From Octopus vulgaris (lineage: Eukaryota): a DNA stretch of 64,000 nt. The translations under genes and the position numbers were made by a program. The notes beneath the pieces are model-generated. The model had not been told where the DNA came from. It saw only the letters and a program-made list of their open reading frames with translations, and ran no database searches. Location of the stretch: the NCBI GenBank assembly GCA_951406725.2, contig OX597836.1, positions 35,588,001 to 35,652,000 on the forward strand. The letters are read 5' to 3'. Within the stretch, counting starts at the first letter, position 1, and every line of letters starts with the position of its first letter. Positions 54,071 through 64,000 of this stretch are shown here, one piece after another.

Positions 54071-54588
54071 AATTTTTAGAAAACAAATTCTTCCTTATAG
54101 GAAAAAATTCAAATAAGAAAATGAGAATGATGAAATATACGCACCCAATATATAAGAGTGGTTTACACTCTTTCTTGATATTGATTAACTCAAGTCTATC
54201 GTAGAAGAGAGATACTAACTGACGGTTCTATGCACAGTGGCATAGAACACGAATTACCAAGATTGCGAGGTTAAACATCGTAACCACACAATTATATATG
54301 CACACTTATTTAAAAAAAAAACAGATGTCTTAATTTTAGTGATTTGATAATAAATAATGAGGCAATTATTTTTGTTTACGTTCTCAGTTACTGAACAGAA
54401 AAGATAAATTTGATTATTGTAATATACATGATATAACGAGTTGGCTACGCTTTGTCGCTGTTTGGAATAAGATAGCAACATTTTAAAAACATTTTCTACA
54501 TGGCGACATATTATAGATTTAGAATAAAGAATTGTTGTAAAATTATATATTGCTATTCATAACTATTTGCCAACATATCTTTTGACAT

Positions 54589-55300
54589 AGGTGCAAGTGT
54601 GGGTGTGTGGTAAGAAGCTTCGTTCCCAACCACATGGTTCGCGGTTCAGTTCCACTGCGTTGCACCTTGGGCAAGTATCCTCTGCTATCGCCTTGGGCTG
54701 GCCTTGTGAGTGGAACTGGTAGACGGAAACTGAAAGAAGTCCGTCGTATATATCTATATCTATCTATCTATCTATCTACGCCAGTTGAGTTCAATTCGTC
54801 TTAGTCGAAAGACGCCTGTTGTTATGTCCTATTATTATTTTTTTTTTGTATTTATATTCGTGTGACATCGTCCGTTTTGCTGTCCTTGTTTCCTATACAT
54901 TCGATCCTTTTTCCAAGGAATCTAATGCTCGTAGCTTAATTTTTCCTTGGGCTGGCCAGATTAGAGCAATCTCAAGATTAATCAGCCGAAATTGCGAGAA
55001 TGATCCGGTTCTTGACTGAAGATTAGAGGCTTCGAATGACCCTCCCGTGTTTTTTGCAACGTCTATTTGAATGTTTTACGTTCTTGTCCCATGTTGCATT
55101 TATATATATATATATACAACAAGCTTCTTTCAGTTATCTATAATATAAATTGGACATGGGCGATCGTTGTATTCTTTCGTGTATGTGTGTGTGTGTTTGC
55201 CCTCCCACTCCACATCATCACTTGACAACAGGTGTTTGTGTGTTTACGCCCCAATAAGTCAGTTGTTCAGCCAAGTGACGGAAGCAAGTAAAAGAATAAC
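54589..55300 (+). mobile_element. Old SINE family A split by a ~320-bp insert (~54780-55100) in its central microsatellite
   Basis: 5' half 54589-54750; degenerate 3' half ~55180-55300. Confidence 0.65.
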
Positions 55301-55649
55301 AAAATACCATCGCGTTCGTCAAAAATCTTCCTTAGCAGTTAACTGTCTTATATACTGAATAGAATTATATATATATATATATCGCAGAATATATATCAGT
55401 CACAGTACGAAATAAATACTGATGCGATGTCTGCGAGCTGTAGCTTTGTCTGAGATATTAAACAACTGAAAAGTAGAAAGTTTTCTCTCATTTTTTCTCT
55501 TTCAAAAGAATGAAGCCCCTCAAATGTCAGTTTCTTCCTCTCCCCTTCGTATTATCTACAATCTAACCCAAACTTGCATATTTCGTGGAATTTTCTGTAT
55601 AGAATTCTGCTGTCAGTGACATACTCTATTGTAATATAAGACGTATAAG

Positions 55650-55689
<40 letters not shown>

Positions 55690-55923
55690 GACAATGTGAA
55701 TGAGTGCTCGACATTGTGTTGGTGGATAATATTTCATTATTTGTCTATTAAACCTACCGTTGATTTCATGTTAAAAAAAATATCTGAATATCTTAAACAT
55801 TTCAAGCCGGCCACAAGGAGTCATGGTGTTCGTCTGTGTGACTGTCTTGTAAACTTGTTACGGTATTAATATATACCCAATGCTAGCCTTCATGCACAAC
55901 TATATATATATGTATATATACAT

Positions 55924-56062
55924 AGGTGTGACTGTGTGGTAAGTAGCTTGCTTACGAACCACACGGTTACGGGTTCAGTACCTTGGGCAAGTTTATTCTA
56001 CTAAAGCCTCGGGTCGACCAGTGCCGTGTAAGTGAATTTGGTAGGCGGAAACTGAAAGAAAC

Positions 56063-56108
<46 letters not shown>

Positions 56109-56118
56109 GTGTATGTGT

Positions 56119-56159
<41 letters not shown>

Positions 56160-56364
56160 TGTGTGTACATGTATATGTCTGTGTTTATCTCCCCCAATAT
56201 TGTTTGACAACCGATGCTGGTGTGTTTACGTCCCCGTAACTTAGCCGTTCAGCCCCAAAAGGCCGATAGAATAAGTACTAGGCTTACAAAGAATAAGTCC
56301 TGGGGTTGATTTGCTCGACTAATGCTGGTGCTCCAGTATGGTCGCAGTGGACAGACAGAAACAA

Positions 56365-56367
<3 letters not shown>
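55924..56367 (+). mobile_element. SINE family A
   Basis: Collinear with 66-454, expanded (TA)n(TG)n. Confidence 0.88.
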
Positions 56368-56425
<58 letters not shown>

Positions 56426-56434
56426 AATACATAT

Positions 56435-56695
56435 AAATTAAAAATGAGGTTGAAGAATTAGATATTAATTTAAATAACATCGATTTCACACCAGTGGTCT
56501 AGCATATAAAAAAGAAACTGAAGGTTCAGTAAAATTTTATTATATACACATTAGAAGGAAACCACTATGTAGACACTCTTATGCTAGAAATAGATCCGCT
56601 ATGGTCTTACCTTGAAAACATTTCTTAGTGGTAAGACCATAGCGGATCTATTTCTAGCGTAAGGGTGTCCACATAGTGGTTTCCTTCTAATATGT
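56435..56695. mobile_element. PLE-like end with ~60-bp inverted duplication in (TA)n
   Basis: ATTAGAAGGAAACCACTATGT...GGTCTTAC (56550-56609) pairs with GTAAGACC...CTTCTAAT (56631-56691). Confidence 0.7.
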
Positions 56696-57121
56696 ATATA
56701 TATATATATACATATATATATATTTCCGCCTACCAGAATCATCCAGCGAACACCCACCATTGGTCATCACAGTTGCTCAAGGTAAAAATGAATTCCTCGC
56801 TCTTTCAGGAACATCAATTTTTTATATTGACTGCATTCCACCACTTTGATCTATTTTTTATATATCACCACCACGAACATCTGCATCATACACTTTAAAC
56901 ATATAGCATGAACGAACTCACTTCAAACTAACTATGAACTGTATGATGTCTGACTCCATTGTGTATTATAAATGAATTTCTTATATTTGATAGCATGAAC
57001 TATCTTTTTTTATATATAACTTTTTTTGATAAGGTTCATTTCAGGAACTGAAACATGTTATAATGTATATATAAAAATTAAAAATTGTATAATATAGCAG
57101 CATTTTCGAACTTCATTTTTT

Positions 57122-57173
<52 letters not shown>

Positions 57174-58110
57174 TCTATGTACTATAACTGGTTCTACTCT
57201 TTAAAATTTTTGTTCTACATATATTCTAGAAATTTTCGGACCATAACCCTTCTCCGATCTCGAAACTTCGCCAATGTGTATGCGATATCATGCTTGTATC
57301 AACGAGCAGCTAAAGATATCAATTATATATATATATTTCCTCAATGATGGTTTCAACTTATATCATATCGTCTGAGAGGATGTTTTCAACCGCTAACTTA
57401 TACTTTTTGATATATATTAGGAATAACATAAGTATATCTTTCCATTTCTTTCCATTTCTTTCCATTTCTTTCCATTACTTGCTTCTACTTAGCCCAATAA
57501 ATTCAATTATATATTTTTGAAACTTTATTCTCAATATTATTTGCCTTTTTCCCTTTTTAAAGATATCGTCCATTTTCTTAATTGAAATCAAGTTCGACAT
57601 CTTTCTTATCAACTAATGACTATTGATGTTTTTTTTTTGTTTTTTGATATCAGTATATACGAATATTATTTTAAATATATTGTATTTTGTATCTCTGTAG
57701 TTTACAGAGAACGTTCTTTTTTATATCATTAAATGTATTTTGGCAAAGTATTTTTTATTTTTTGTCGGAATGACTTCTGAAAATGTTAAATGACAGGCAA
57801 TTTTAGAAGTTGATGTCATTTGAGCATTAAGTTGAAATGGAGATATTTGAGATAAGCAGTCATTGACAAAAAATTTGATTATTCTTCAGATATTGATGTA
57901 TTATAGATTATGGGAGTTCAAGGTAGATTAGCATCTAAACTTGTCAATCTATCATATACTTGTGTCAGCTTTAATTTCGTAGCGCAAAAAACTGCAATCT
58001 GATTTAAAAGAGAGGATTTTACACAAAAAGCAATCTAATATATAATCACTTCCAAAGAGATTTCTTTACAGCGCCTCTAATTATATGTTCGGATCTAATC
58101 AATAATATAT

Positions 58111-58156
<46 letters not shown>

Positions 58157-58398
58157 CCTAGTTGTATCAAATAATAAAAATCGGAGACTATTGTTTCAGT
58201 GAAGTAATTCATGAATATTTTTGAGACTTGTAGACATACAAACATTTGTACTACATAACTTTGAGTGTAAAATGTATTGGTAAAACAAATAGATATACGG
58301 AAACGTTTCGAGAAACACACAAACGCACAGACGCATACACACACACAGACGCACAGACGCATACACACACACACACACACGCACACGCACACTAATAT

Positions 58399-58633
58399 AT
58401 ATTTCTTTACTACCCACAAGGTGCTAAACACAGAGAGGACAAACAAGGACAGACAAACGGATTAAGTCGATTATATCGACACCAGTGCGTAACTGGTACT
58501 TATTTAATCGACCCCGAAAGGATGAAAGGCAAAGTCGACCTCGGCGGAATTTGAACTCAGAACGTAACTGCAGACGAAATACGACTAGCGCATTTCGCCC
58601 GGCGTACTAACGTTTCTGCCAGCTCGCCGCCTT
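58399..58633 (-). mobile_element. SINE family B monomer
   Basis: Full head to tail; decayed TSD ACGCACACTAATATAT / ACGCGCATTGATATAT. Confidence 0.9.
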
Positions 58634-58894
58634 ACGCGCATTGATATATTTAAGTATGAATGCAGATATTATCCCCACCCCAACAAATACAACTACATAG
58701 TACAGAGACAAACACACAAGTGTTGTTAGAAGCTAAAGATTTGCTATTTTGCTCTGCATTGGCTCTTATATCAAGATTCAAGTCAGCTAAGCAGTGACAT
58801 AATACACCAAGCATATCTGTCAACTGAACTGTAACTGATTATGCCACCCAAATCTATAAGTAAATCGCATATTCTTTTATTCTATCATTTTATT

Positions 58895-59210
58895 ATTTAT
58901 TTATGCACCCTTTTCAAGCCTAGCCAGGCTCATGGGCCCGCTTTCCCGGTTTCTATGGCGTATGTGGTCTCCCCTCCCAGCTGGACGGGACGCCAGTCCA
59001 TCGCAGCGTTACTCAAGAAATAGGAAGAGAGAGTGAAAGAAAGTTGGAGCGAAAGAGTACAACAAGGGTCGCCACCACCCCCTGCCGGAGCATCGTGGAG
59101 CTTTAGGTGTTTTCGCTCAATAAACACACACAACGCCCGGTCTGGGAATCGTAACCACGATCCTCCGACTGCGAGTCCGCTGCCCTAACCACTGGGCCAT
59201 TTCGCCTCCA
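58895..59210 (-). mobile_element. SINE family C, full length
   Basis: tRNA-Arg-like head, (AAAT)n tail, TSD-like TTTATTCTAT on both sides. Confidence 0.9.
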
Positions 59211-59225
59211 CCTTTATTCTATTAC

Positions 59226-59588
59226 CTATTTCTTTACTACCCACAAGGGGCTAAACACAGAGAGGACAAACAAGGACAGACAAACGGATTAAGTCGATTA
59301 CATTGACCCAAGTGCGTAACTGGTACTTAATTTATCGACCCCGAAAGGATGAAAGGCAAAGTCGACCTCGGCGGAATTTGAACTCAGAACGTAGCGGCAG
59401 ACGAAATAACTATTTCTTTACTACCCACAAGGGGCTAAACACAGAGAGGACAAACATGGACAGACAAAGGGATTAAGTCGATTACATTGACCCCAGTGCG
59501 TAACTGGTACTTAATTTATCGACTCCGAAAGGATGAAAGGCAAAGTCGACCTCGGCGGAATTTGAACTCAGAACGTAGCGGCAGACGA
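59226..59588 (-). mobile_element. Headless SINE family B dimer with 15-bp TSD
   Basis: TSD CCTTTATTCTATTAC at 59211-59225 and 59589-59603. Confidence 0.92.
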
Positions 59589-60070
59589 CCTTTATTCTAT
59601 TACTGTACGCAAATCACGTGAAGAATCTGTCTATTTCCATGCAAAACCTGTGATGTATTCATATTTTAGTATCATATATGCAAAACACATAATACCTGGA
59701 AAGTGACTGTTGCCACTCACCTTTAAGACTAAATGAATAAAGGAAAATTTGCTTTCATTAAATTATTATCTTTCAGAATGTGTTAAATCTCGTATGTATT
59801 CAATAATCGATTTTAGCCAGCGGATATTTTGTAATTCTTTGACAAATATCAATAGAAATTCTTGCAAGAACTTATCAGTTTTGATCTTTTGTTATAATTT
59901 TCAGAGTGACTCATTAATGCTGGACTGGAGAGAGTTTTATTTGTTATTTAGAAATCAGAACTTTACTTAGAGAAAGAATTTATATTGTTAAAAGTACGCC
60001 ATGATATATTTGAGAATCCTTATACACATGTAGGGATACGCAGGTACTGATAGACATAGATAGATACATA

Positions 60071-60496
60071 GGATCTTTTCGGTTTGAACGACAGTTTTTT
60101 CTAGCGGTGTCATATGAAATTGTCACCCATAATTATGACCCTAGAATCGATCTATTGCATTTCAATCTGTTTTAGGGTTAGGGTTAGTTAGGGTTAGGGG
60201 TGTGGGAAGAGTATCTTTTTTTCTTCACAAATGTAAATAAACCCAATCTGTTTCTTAAACGAGGGACATATTCATACGGCACAGAATGTTTTCACCTCAA
60301 TAGACGGTCATTGATTGGTTGAAATTGCAGAAATTGCAGAAAAAAGACAACAAATATCTTACAAACTATAGAATGTTCTCAATAAAGCCAAGAGAAAAAG
60401 ATGTTTTATAAACACTTTCTACCAGTATACGAAGTTTAAAATGTTTTAGTTACCTAGAAATTATGTTAAAAACTGCCGTTCAAACCAAAAAGATCC
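60071..60496 (+). mobile_element. Merlin-like MITE, copy 3
   Basis: Same TIRs; 8-bp TSD GATACATA; internal TTAGGGTTAGGGTTAGTTAGGGTTAGGG. Confidence 0.87.
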
Positions 60497-61264
60497 GATA
60501 CATACATGGCTTCGAGTATATTTAAGCAAGACTGAGACTCAGCTTGTTCTTGTTTAACCCTGGGTCACTCTTGATAAATGATGCATAAAATTCGTTGATT
60601 TTTCTATATGTATAGCAAAGAGCTCTTGGTAGACCTGATGCTTTTCGACGTTCCCATTTTCCAACTTACTGGAGAGAACTCGCACCTAATATCGGTTTAC
60701 AATTTAGGAACAAGGCCAGCAATTTTGAAGGAGGGGGTCAAGTCGATTACATCGACCCCAGTATTCAACAGGTACTTATTTTATCAACCACGAAAGGATG
60801 ATACACAAAGTCGATTTCGGTGGAATTTGAACTCAGAACGTAATGATGGACGAAATGCTAGTGAGCATTTTTCCCAACGCGCTAACCATTCTGCCACCTC
60901 GCCTGCAACTAATACTAATCGACAAGAGAAGATTAACAGATCAACACGTGTTTTCATAGGTTAGAGATAGTAGCAATATCTTTCAACTGACACTCAATTC
61001 TCATTTAAAGAAAACAAAGGAAATTGGATAATGTAATTTGAAATGTATTATGTCTGGAAAACAATGTTGTATTATGGTTAGAATAACTTTACAAAGAGAG
61101 GTGCTTGTTTAGGTCTGATACGAATTAACAAATACAAGATGAATATACAAGAGTGCCTTTAATTGGTCATTTCCGTCTAGAATAGCTGTAAAATTTGCAA
61201 TAGATCACATTTGACCATCTTAAAAAAAAAAACTGATTGAATAATGTGATACTGAGATTCTTGA

Positions 61265-61513
61265 ACATATTTTAAACTTGTTTCATTCATTTTCGCTGCA
61301 GCCATTCTGGAGCACCGCCATAAATGTTCTTTGTTTTTTTTTTGTGGAAGAAATCGAAAACTGGACTTATTTTTCAAGTTCTAGTATTTATTCTTTAGCC
61401 GAAACGCTAAGTTACAGGGACGTAAACAGATCAAAGCCGGTTGTCAAGCGGTGATGGGGAAGAAACACAAATACACGGACATGTGATAAACACACACACA
61501 CACACACACATAA

Positions 61514-61597
<84 letters not shown>

Positions 61598-61788
61598 TAT
61601 AGGTAGAATTTACAAAAGAAATCAAAAGACGAAGGCAGGTGTGTAAACAACAAAGAGGTGTATTAGTTTAACGCTCGGGAAGGTGAGAAAGTCTTTTAGG
61701 TTTCGGGCCTACGCTCTTCAACTGAAAGGAAAACACGCACACACACACACATACGCACACAGACACACATAAACACACACACACACAG

Positions 61789-61836
<48 letters not shown>

Positions 61837-61950
61837 GACAAGCTTCCTTCTGTTTACCAAATCCACTCACAAGGCCTTAGTTGGCCCGAGGCTGTTGTAA
61901 CAGACACTGTCCCAAGGTGCTACGCAGTGAGAGTGAATCCAGAACCACGT
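61265..61950 (-). mobile_element. Old SINE family A split by a family H2 PLE-like insert (61600-61732)
   Basis: 3' half 61265-61500, 5' half 61835-61950; insert reads CTTT-CAGTTGA-A-GAGC(gtag)GCCC-GAAACCTA-AAAG on the minus strand. Confidence 0.7.
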
Positions 61951-62678
61951 AGCAAGCTTGCCAGCGCATATACGAAAAAAAAATCAGTTATCAAATGTCC
62001 GTTGACTTTAGCGAGCACTGACACCAATCAACTAAATTCTGCCAAGAAGGAAGCCTCTATGTCGATGTTCGATCGATCTGAAAGCGTAATGAAAACTCTC
62101 TGAAATCACGACTTAACTGGGTTTTTAAAAAAATTTCCATGTTGAATTGCATTACATAATAGATAGTCATGTCTTTTGAATTCATCGATGCCTTTCGATT
62201 CACTTGTTGTCCACGTATATTTTTTAGAATGATAATGCCAGTTAATCTTCAAGATGCCAGCTTTTAATTGATTAAACCTCACTGGATAAAACCTGATTTA
62301 GAAATCCTTGCAGGAATGTCAAGCATACATAGCTAGTAAGACATGTCATGTACATCAGCCATTTATCATCAATATGGGATTGCATTTATGCATTAAAGGA
62401 ATAACAATGAGGTATTTTATATCCATGTCGTGAACGAACGAAGTCAACTGATGGAAATAATTCAGCCATTTTGAAAAACCTTTTTCTGTGAAGATTTTAT
62501 ATATAGTTTGTGCACGTGAATATAAATTATGTAAAAGGCGTTTGCCAGGCTGTCTGATGAAGAAACTTACACATTTATCGAGTTTTGCTGTAGTTCGTTC
62601 TGTAAAGAAGAAGCTCCGCAGATATATGGAACAACCATTTTCTACAGCGACACGTTGTTAATCGTACGCTTGTACGCT

Positions 62679-62913
62679 TACTCTTTTATTCTTTTACTCT
62701 TTTACTCGTTTCAGTCTTGTGATTGTGGCCATGCTGGAGCACCGCCTTTAGTCGATCAAATCGACCCCAGGACTTATTCTTTGTAAGCTTAGTACTTATG
62801 CTATCGCTCTCCTTTACCGAACCGCTAAGATACGGGGACGTAAACACACCACCAACGGTTGTCAAGCGATGTTGGGGGGACAAACACAGACACACAAACA
62901 TATACACACACAC

Positions 62914-62961
<48 letters not shown>

Positions 62962-63183
62962 TTTATTTAAAGCAGCAGAAAATTCAACAAAACCTGTTAC
63001 TCTGAGTTTCACGTTACCGTTCGTCGGACAATTTTTGCAAAAACTGTTCGACGAACGGGAACGTGAAACTCAGAGTAATAGGTTTCGTTGAACTTTCTGC
63101 TGCTTTAAATAAAGCATATTACTCTACCACTGGTATCTGAGTACTCTTTTTTCCACCTTGTTTCACATCTATGTGTTTACTCC

Positions 63184-63257
<74 letters not shown>

Positions 63258-63389
63258 CATATATACGACGGGCTTTGGTCGGCCCAAGTCTATAGTAGAA
63301 GACACTTGCCCAAGGTGCCACGCAGTGGGACTGAACCCGGAACCATGCGGTTCGTAAGCAAGTTACTTACCTCACAGCCACTCCTACGC
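62679..63389 (-). mobile_element. SINE family A split by a PLE-like palindromic insert
   Basis: 3' half 62679-62915, insert 62961-63186, 5' half 63262-63389. Confidence 0.88.
62961..63186 (+). mobile_element. PLE-like end forming a 154-bp palindrome with two divergent hammerhead motifs
   Basis: 77-bp arms 62961-63037 / 63038-63114; hammerheads at 62994-63031 (-) and 63044-63081 (+); (TA)n on both sides. Confidence 0.8.
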
Positions 63390-63530
63390 TTTATTTAAAT
63401 TCATGCAAGCATATACTGTTTCCGTTATTTAATTAATTGATAATCACTGCCAATGACTATACCAATATGAGAATAAATAAAAATCAACTTTCGTTATTCA
63501 CAGAAATTTTTCGAAAATAGGAATAAGTAA

Positions 63531-63663
63531 TATATACGACGGGTTTTGGTCGGCCCGAGGCTATTGTAGAAGACACTTGCCCAAGGTGCCACGCAGTGGG
63601 AATGAACCCGGAACCATTTGGTTGGTAAGCAAGCTACGTACCACACAGCCACTCCTGCGCCTA
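63531..63663 (-). mobile_element. SINE family A 5' fragment
   Basis: Family A head; shares the internal deletion after ACGACGGG with the neighbouring 63262-63389 copy. Confidence 0.85.
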
Positions 63664-63819
63664 TGTTAGCAACAGTCAAATTGTAAGCGTATATATCTCT
63701 TTTTCCACGTTCAAGCGTTTAAAAATTTGGTCACAATTGTGAAAATGAAAGGAAGAAACAAAATCGTAATAAAATAACATTGCAATGCAGTTCATACTCT
63801 GATTATATTCGCTATAGGT

Positions 63820-64000
63820 GGAGGCGCAATGGCCCAGTGGTTAGGGCAGCGGACTCCCGGTCGTAGGATCGCGGCTTCGATTCTCAGACTGGGCGTTGTG
63901 AGTGTTTATTGAGCGAAAACACCTAAAAGCTCCACGAGGCTCCGGCAGGGGATGGTGGTGATCCCTGCTGTACTCTTTCACCACAACTTTCTCTCACTCT
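63820..64000 (+). mobile_element. SINE family C, cut by the window edge
   Basis: GGAGGCGCAATGGCCCAGTGGTTAGGGCAGCGGAC head. Confidence 0.88.

Noticed and set aside
55005-55045. Hammerhead at CTGAAGATTAGAGGCTTCGAATGACC
   Set aside because: Stem II does not pair well and GAAA is absent; too decayed to call
60172-60200. Telomere or chromosome-fusion relic
   Set aside because: The TTAGGG units lie inside a TIR- and TSD-bounded MITE present three times
62554-62570. Hammerhead at CTGATGAAGAAAC
   Set aside because: No stem II between the core and GAAA and no stem I
63820-63895. tRNA-Arg gene
   Set aside because: A/B boxes are present but the acceptor stem is not convincing and the sequence continues into the SINE C body; the same holds for the other SINE heads

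Overview
AT-rich, microsatellite-saturated eukaryotic DNA that looks intergenic or intronic. The SINE families and the (TA)n, (TATC)n, (TATG)n and (AAT)n load most resemble an octopus (coleoid cephalopod) genome; this is an inference, not a database match. I could not support any intact host gene, tRNA, rRNA or CRISPR array, and nearly all listed ORFs are microsatellite read-through. The window is a layered transposon landscape: four tRNA-derived SINE families (working names A-D), decayed R4/Dong-type (RT + restriction-like endonuclease), RTE, CR1-like and L1/Tx1-like LINE fragments, Penelope-like (PLE) ends, a three-copy Merlin-like MITE with telomere-like hexamers, a hAT MITE and a probable solo LTR. 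Most notable: (1) about ten minimal type-I hammerhead ribozyme motifs from about six short families, most inserted in (TA)n tracts, two of them near-canonical and others with recurrent core variants; (2) many fold-back palindromes at (TA)n, including a 1.8-kb (AT)n bracketed by an exact 32-bp inverted copy of a SINE head; (3) a SINE that inserts as head + n x 184-bp concatemers with position-specific unit types; (4) SINE/LINE shared 3' tails; (5) chains of retroelements that target microsatellites carried by other elements. Repeat boundaries were read by eye and are approximate unless TSDs or TIRs are quoted.
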